From contig OZ365109.1 in NCBI GenBank assembly GCA_977030845.1, forward strand, positions 32,984,001-33,048,000: a stretch of 64,000 nucleotides of DNA. The letters are read 5' to 3'. A program made the position numbers and the translations under genes. This document shows positions 59,821 through 64,000 of the stretch, piece after piece. Position 1 is the stretch's first letter; the number at the start of each line of letters is the position of its first letter. The notes below the pieces were generated by a model that made no database searches, was not told the DNA's origin, and worked only from the letters and a program-made list of their open reading frames with translations. This stretch comes from Fimbriosthenelais zetlandica (Eukaryota).

Positions 59821-62800
59821 ACATGAAGGCAGGGCTACATAACTTAGTGTGGGAACAGCGGTGGAAATAATATTTGCCATCAGCAAAATCATTTTGTGTC
59901 GTTTTTTTGCTGTTCTCGCTTGGAAACGTATCAGATTATATAAGAGAACCTGGGAGGAAATTTGTATCATTATCTGACCTCTTATTAATGGTTATCGACT
60001 AGCAGATGGAATTGGCAAGCGACAACAACCAAGCTCGATTTACCAATCACAGTTTTTAGAGCAGTCTGCTTCATTAGGAGTTCATATCTGGATGGATTCT
60101 CACATTAAAAACTTTTTATCCGGGGAAATATGGACAGCTGGAGCATAAATTGGAACATATTTCATTCCAGCCTGGAAAGAACAAATAAATGGGATGGATT
60201 TCTCTCCGGGTTGTAAAAACTCTGGGACGTAAATGCTAGAAATCATTAGAACAACACATTTGCCTATGCCTATGGCGGCAAGGACTGATTTGTGGTCCTT
60301 CAAACAAGCTGAAAATTTTAATTTTGGATCCAATGACATTTTACTAAGCAGACAAACGCAATAGACAAAGTTTCTTCACGTGCTTAACTGCTTTTAAGAA
60401 AAAGCAGAAGCTCCCCATACACCAAGTGCAATTAATTGATAATAAAGACTCAAAAATAATAAAAAGTATTGAAAGCACTGAGCTACACTATGACTATTAC
60501 CCCAAGTAAACTGCCTCGGGATAGGCTTCAATTTTTTATGAACACATGCAAATTCCCAGTCAGAAGAAACTCAGAAGAAACTCATATTCAGAAGACTATA
60601 TTTTAGAAGTCCAATCAACGTGGACTTACGGGAAATATGTTTTTCGGTATTCCTGGTTTACCATAGCTTCCTTTCTAAGTCCAGTCAAGTGAGTCTGCAT
60701 AGACAACATATACGCCCGTCATCCCTAGTCGATGCTGTGTAAACGAATAATGCTTTACCTGGCAAATATTGGTTGTCACCCCATCCCCTGGCCCCTCCTT
60801 TCCCCCATTTTTTCTCGTATTATATGCTGGCATACAAGACTGTACACAGTACACCCATAACCCTGCTTCACCTTAGTGTCTTCTCAAAGTTCTATTACGA
60901 ATACGTTTGTTCTCAATGATTGTAGCAATAGAAATGTTTATTTCCGAAAGACTTAGTCATTATAAATTTAATCGATTAAAATATATGAATTCACACTAAA
61001 TATATATTATGGACGGCATAGGAAAGGATGACAAAACAGAAAGGACACGCGGAGCGACAAGGGAAGAGAACCGACAGAAATACTGAGCAAGTAACAACAT
61101 TTTGGACATCAGCCCATTTAATTAATGCCAAGGGCTCTGTACTATTGGAGCCATCCAAGAGACAGCCTCCTGAACTCACCAACTACCCAACATCAATTTG
61201 GCATTGAAAGGTTGTATGGTGCATGACTACCCATACACCTGTCATGTACTATATACCCGGCTACAGGCTAGAATCTCTGTTTATGTCTGTACATGCTATT
61301 GGTATCCTACATGTGATAGCATGGGTCACTTACTAGGCATGGCCAAGCATAACCACCCTTCATACAGGATGATTGGTTTACTGATGGACAAAAACAATAA
61401 CTCTTATCAATTCCCGAGACAAATGCAAATGGACAAAACAGTAGTTGGAAAATACTTTGCCTTTTACTTTTACGATAAAGCTTGGCAAACTGAAGCAAGT
61501 ATGGTATGGCTCACTACGTTCGTAATACACAAGAAAAACGTAGAAAAGATTTAGAATCATTTTGGAATGTGGATCCCATTTTGCTGGCAGGGTGGTTGAT
61601 CGTCTGGGCAGATCACAGGTGATGGTTAGTTCTGTATAGGAGCACACAATGCTCCCAGTGGCACGGGACACATCATTAACAATGGTGGCCTAACATGAGA
61701 CATAATGCACCCGTGTAGGACATGCCAATATAAGAACAAGTAATAGAAACACATAGGTTCCAAGCAGGAGGACAGTTTTAAACCATGATGGTTTCAGCGA
61801 TCCTCCTTAACGAGGATACACAATAACTTTGCTTTGTCAAGCAATGCTTGATAGCGCCTTAATATGTTAGGCCTAATTAAGAATCACTTTCATTATTTCA
61901 AATAAAAACCATGCAGGTCATATTTTCCTGATAATCACGGATGAAAAATCGTGATGAAATTAAAAAAAAAAGAAAGAAAAAAAAAGATTCGCATGGTGTT
62001 TCTGTAGCGGGAAACGTGTTTGAAAAGGACTATTAGTAATCGTTGACAGATCTGTGGACAGGAAGACAGACAGGGGACAGAAAACAGCGTGAACCATGTG
62101 CACCAGCAACTATAGGAGACTCAATGATTAGCCTACAACTGGGCACCACCAGTTTGAAGCCATATCAGAGACAGTAAACTGACCCCAGGCCAGCTAACAG
62201 CTGAAGTGGGGGAGATACAGTTACACAGGCTGCAAAAGGGACACAAAGAGGGTAAGCCATAAAAGAGAAACACCATAACCGCTGAGTCCTTATAAAACCT
62301 GATCATGATTATTCTCAGAATTGTATTTCATTATTTCGGAGCAAGGGGTAAAGCTTTCATTTTGGCCTTAACACTGACTACATGCTTTCAAAATAGTGCA
62401 CATGTATACATATTAAATTCCGGAAATAAAATTATTCGCAGAATTTAGTACAATACCTACTCTTATAAATGTGTTTTATAAATAAAATATTCGGTACAGA
62501 GTAGCGGTTGTATCGAAGCAATAAAGCTGTTTTTTTTTGTTTTCAACTTGGGATACAGTGGCCGAGACCCAAATAAGGAGATCAATAATGGACCCACAGA
62601 GGCGACACCTAACACGCTGCCAATATGATCGACCTGCACCTCGCTGTCCCCAGGAGCCATAAATTAACCAAACACATCCACCCACCCAACCAGGTGAGAC
62701 TGGAGCAAGAGAAATATGGAGGAGCCAGTCTGCCAACCAACAGGCAGGGCTTAATACGCCATAAAATTCCATATCTCAAAACTAATACATCCATCAAAAA

Positions 62801-63387
62801 CCTTATAATTATGACCCATGACTGGACATTTGGGCTCAGCCATTGTTAGGAATATTTAAAATTTTAGCCATTATTAATATGAGAACATACTTGAATATAG
62901 GCCTATTAATCTCCCACAAAGCTGTCTCATATACAGAGTTTTATGCACTCAAAGAACAATATATCAATCGTCCCTTAAATAATTAACTGAGAAGATGACA
63001 ACTACCATGAATATCACATTGCTCATTTTTCATGAAAGTCATTTTTCATGAATGCTGCAGAGCATTGCAGAACAGGCCTTTGCTAAATTGTTGATCCAAA
63101 ATCTATATTGGTGAATGGTCTCCACCGAAAAAAGGCATGTAGGAAAGATATATTGTATGCACTTGTAAAGTACATGTACATCCAAATTGTGGCATATTCA
63201 ATACTGGACCAATCGAGCAACTCATATCTGCTCACTGCTGCTCGAACCGACATCCTCTCTGACGCATGTATCCAATGACAACAGCCTAATTCAAAAGCCA
63301 CAGAAACCCCACAAAGATCCAAACCCATCCCCAGTATCTTGACCTTCAACTCTTCCAGCGAACTTTGACCTATGAAACAGGCGTTGC

Positions 63388-63478
63388 CTTCTAGCGTCGG
63401 GTGTCGGAACCATAAACCAGAAGGCCCACGTGTTCCATTGTGATCCTGGGGATGGGTAAACGGAGGGAGAGCTGGCAT
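63388..63478 (-). CDS. Candidate upstream (possibly first) coding exon of the BAH gene
   Basis: MPALPPFTHPQDHNGTRGPSGLWFRHPTLE-G ends in phase 1, matching the phase-1 acceptor at 52234. WFRH resembles the N-terminal WFSH segment I recall from BAHCC1. Requires a weak GC donor (GAAG|GCAACG). Confidence 0.35.
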
Positions 63479-64000
63479 CTGATTGGTCCTTAACAATTAG
63501 GCCGAGATAGCGACCTCGCGAGAGGTTAAAGTGCAGGGTCTGGGGCAGGTTACATCCGCTGATCATAATTTCCATGGAGGACGCCAAGGGTCGGAGTGTT
63601 GGTAGTAGTATGTCAATAGGGGACTAGTGGCGGGCGTGGAGGGAGATCTGTCAACACGGGTACGTGTGTTACCTTGATTAGACTATGGGCATTCCCCCTA
63701 GAGTTCAATGTGTACATATTCCATGGCCCAGTTATTGGGTAAGTGTAGATCTGATCTGATCCACATTCTCTTCCAGAAACGATGATTCAATGATAGGTCT
63801 ACAGGCAACAAGTACAGGGTCCTGGAACATAGAACAGCATAGTATATAGTAGGCCTACTATTATAGCACATGGTTTTCTGTAGGCCCTTTAGGAGGGCGT
63901 GGGAGGGGAGTATTATGTTACTCTCCAAAAATATTTCTATGGGACAAATTCGAAGACAGTTAGGCCCACTCCTTTCAACGCGAAAACCCACATATTACAA

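Noticed and set aside
63291-63991. Possible LINE reverse-transcriptase remnant or separate gene at the right edge
   Set aside because: No YADD/PQG-type RT motifs or other recognisable domain in the listed ORFs.

Overview
AT-rich animal genomic DNA, probably a marine invertebrate; the taxon cannot be fixed from sequence alone. Exon chains were assembled by hand and checked for splice dinucleotides and reading-frame phase. The window holds three multi-exon genes: (i) the first two coding exons of an M16 metallopeptidase (C05D11.1-like, HTLEH motif, minus strand, running off the left edge through an apparent GC donor); (ii) a complete 9-exon sulfhydryl oxidase (QSOX, 662 aa) head-to-head with it; (iii) a BAHCC1/TNRC18/winged-eye-like chromatin reader (minus strand, at least 27 coding exons, about 3,190 codons, 29604-52234), with a candidate 6-nt microexon and a candidate distant first coding exon near 63.4 kb. 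Between QSOX and the BAH gene lies a tandem duplication of an intronless class A GPCR. One copy is intact. The other is disabled by a 1175-bp insertion with a 6-bp TSD plus a frameshifting deletion, and its flank carries a nested 4-kb stack of TIR elements that includes a THAP-domain ORF. Introns and intergenic DNA contain many MITEs and minisatellites. The most unusual signal is the abundance of TA-flanked short motifs (TACATGTA, TAGGCCTA, TACCGGTA, TACAGTA). One copy of a 60-bp tandem repeat shows TA becoming TACATGTA by a clean +6-nt gain, suggesting these motifs are DNA-transposon excision footprints. No rRNA, tRNA or CRISPR array could be supported.
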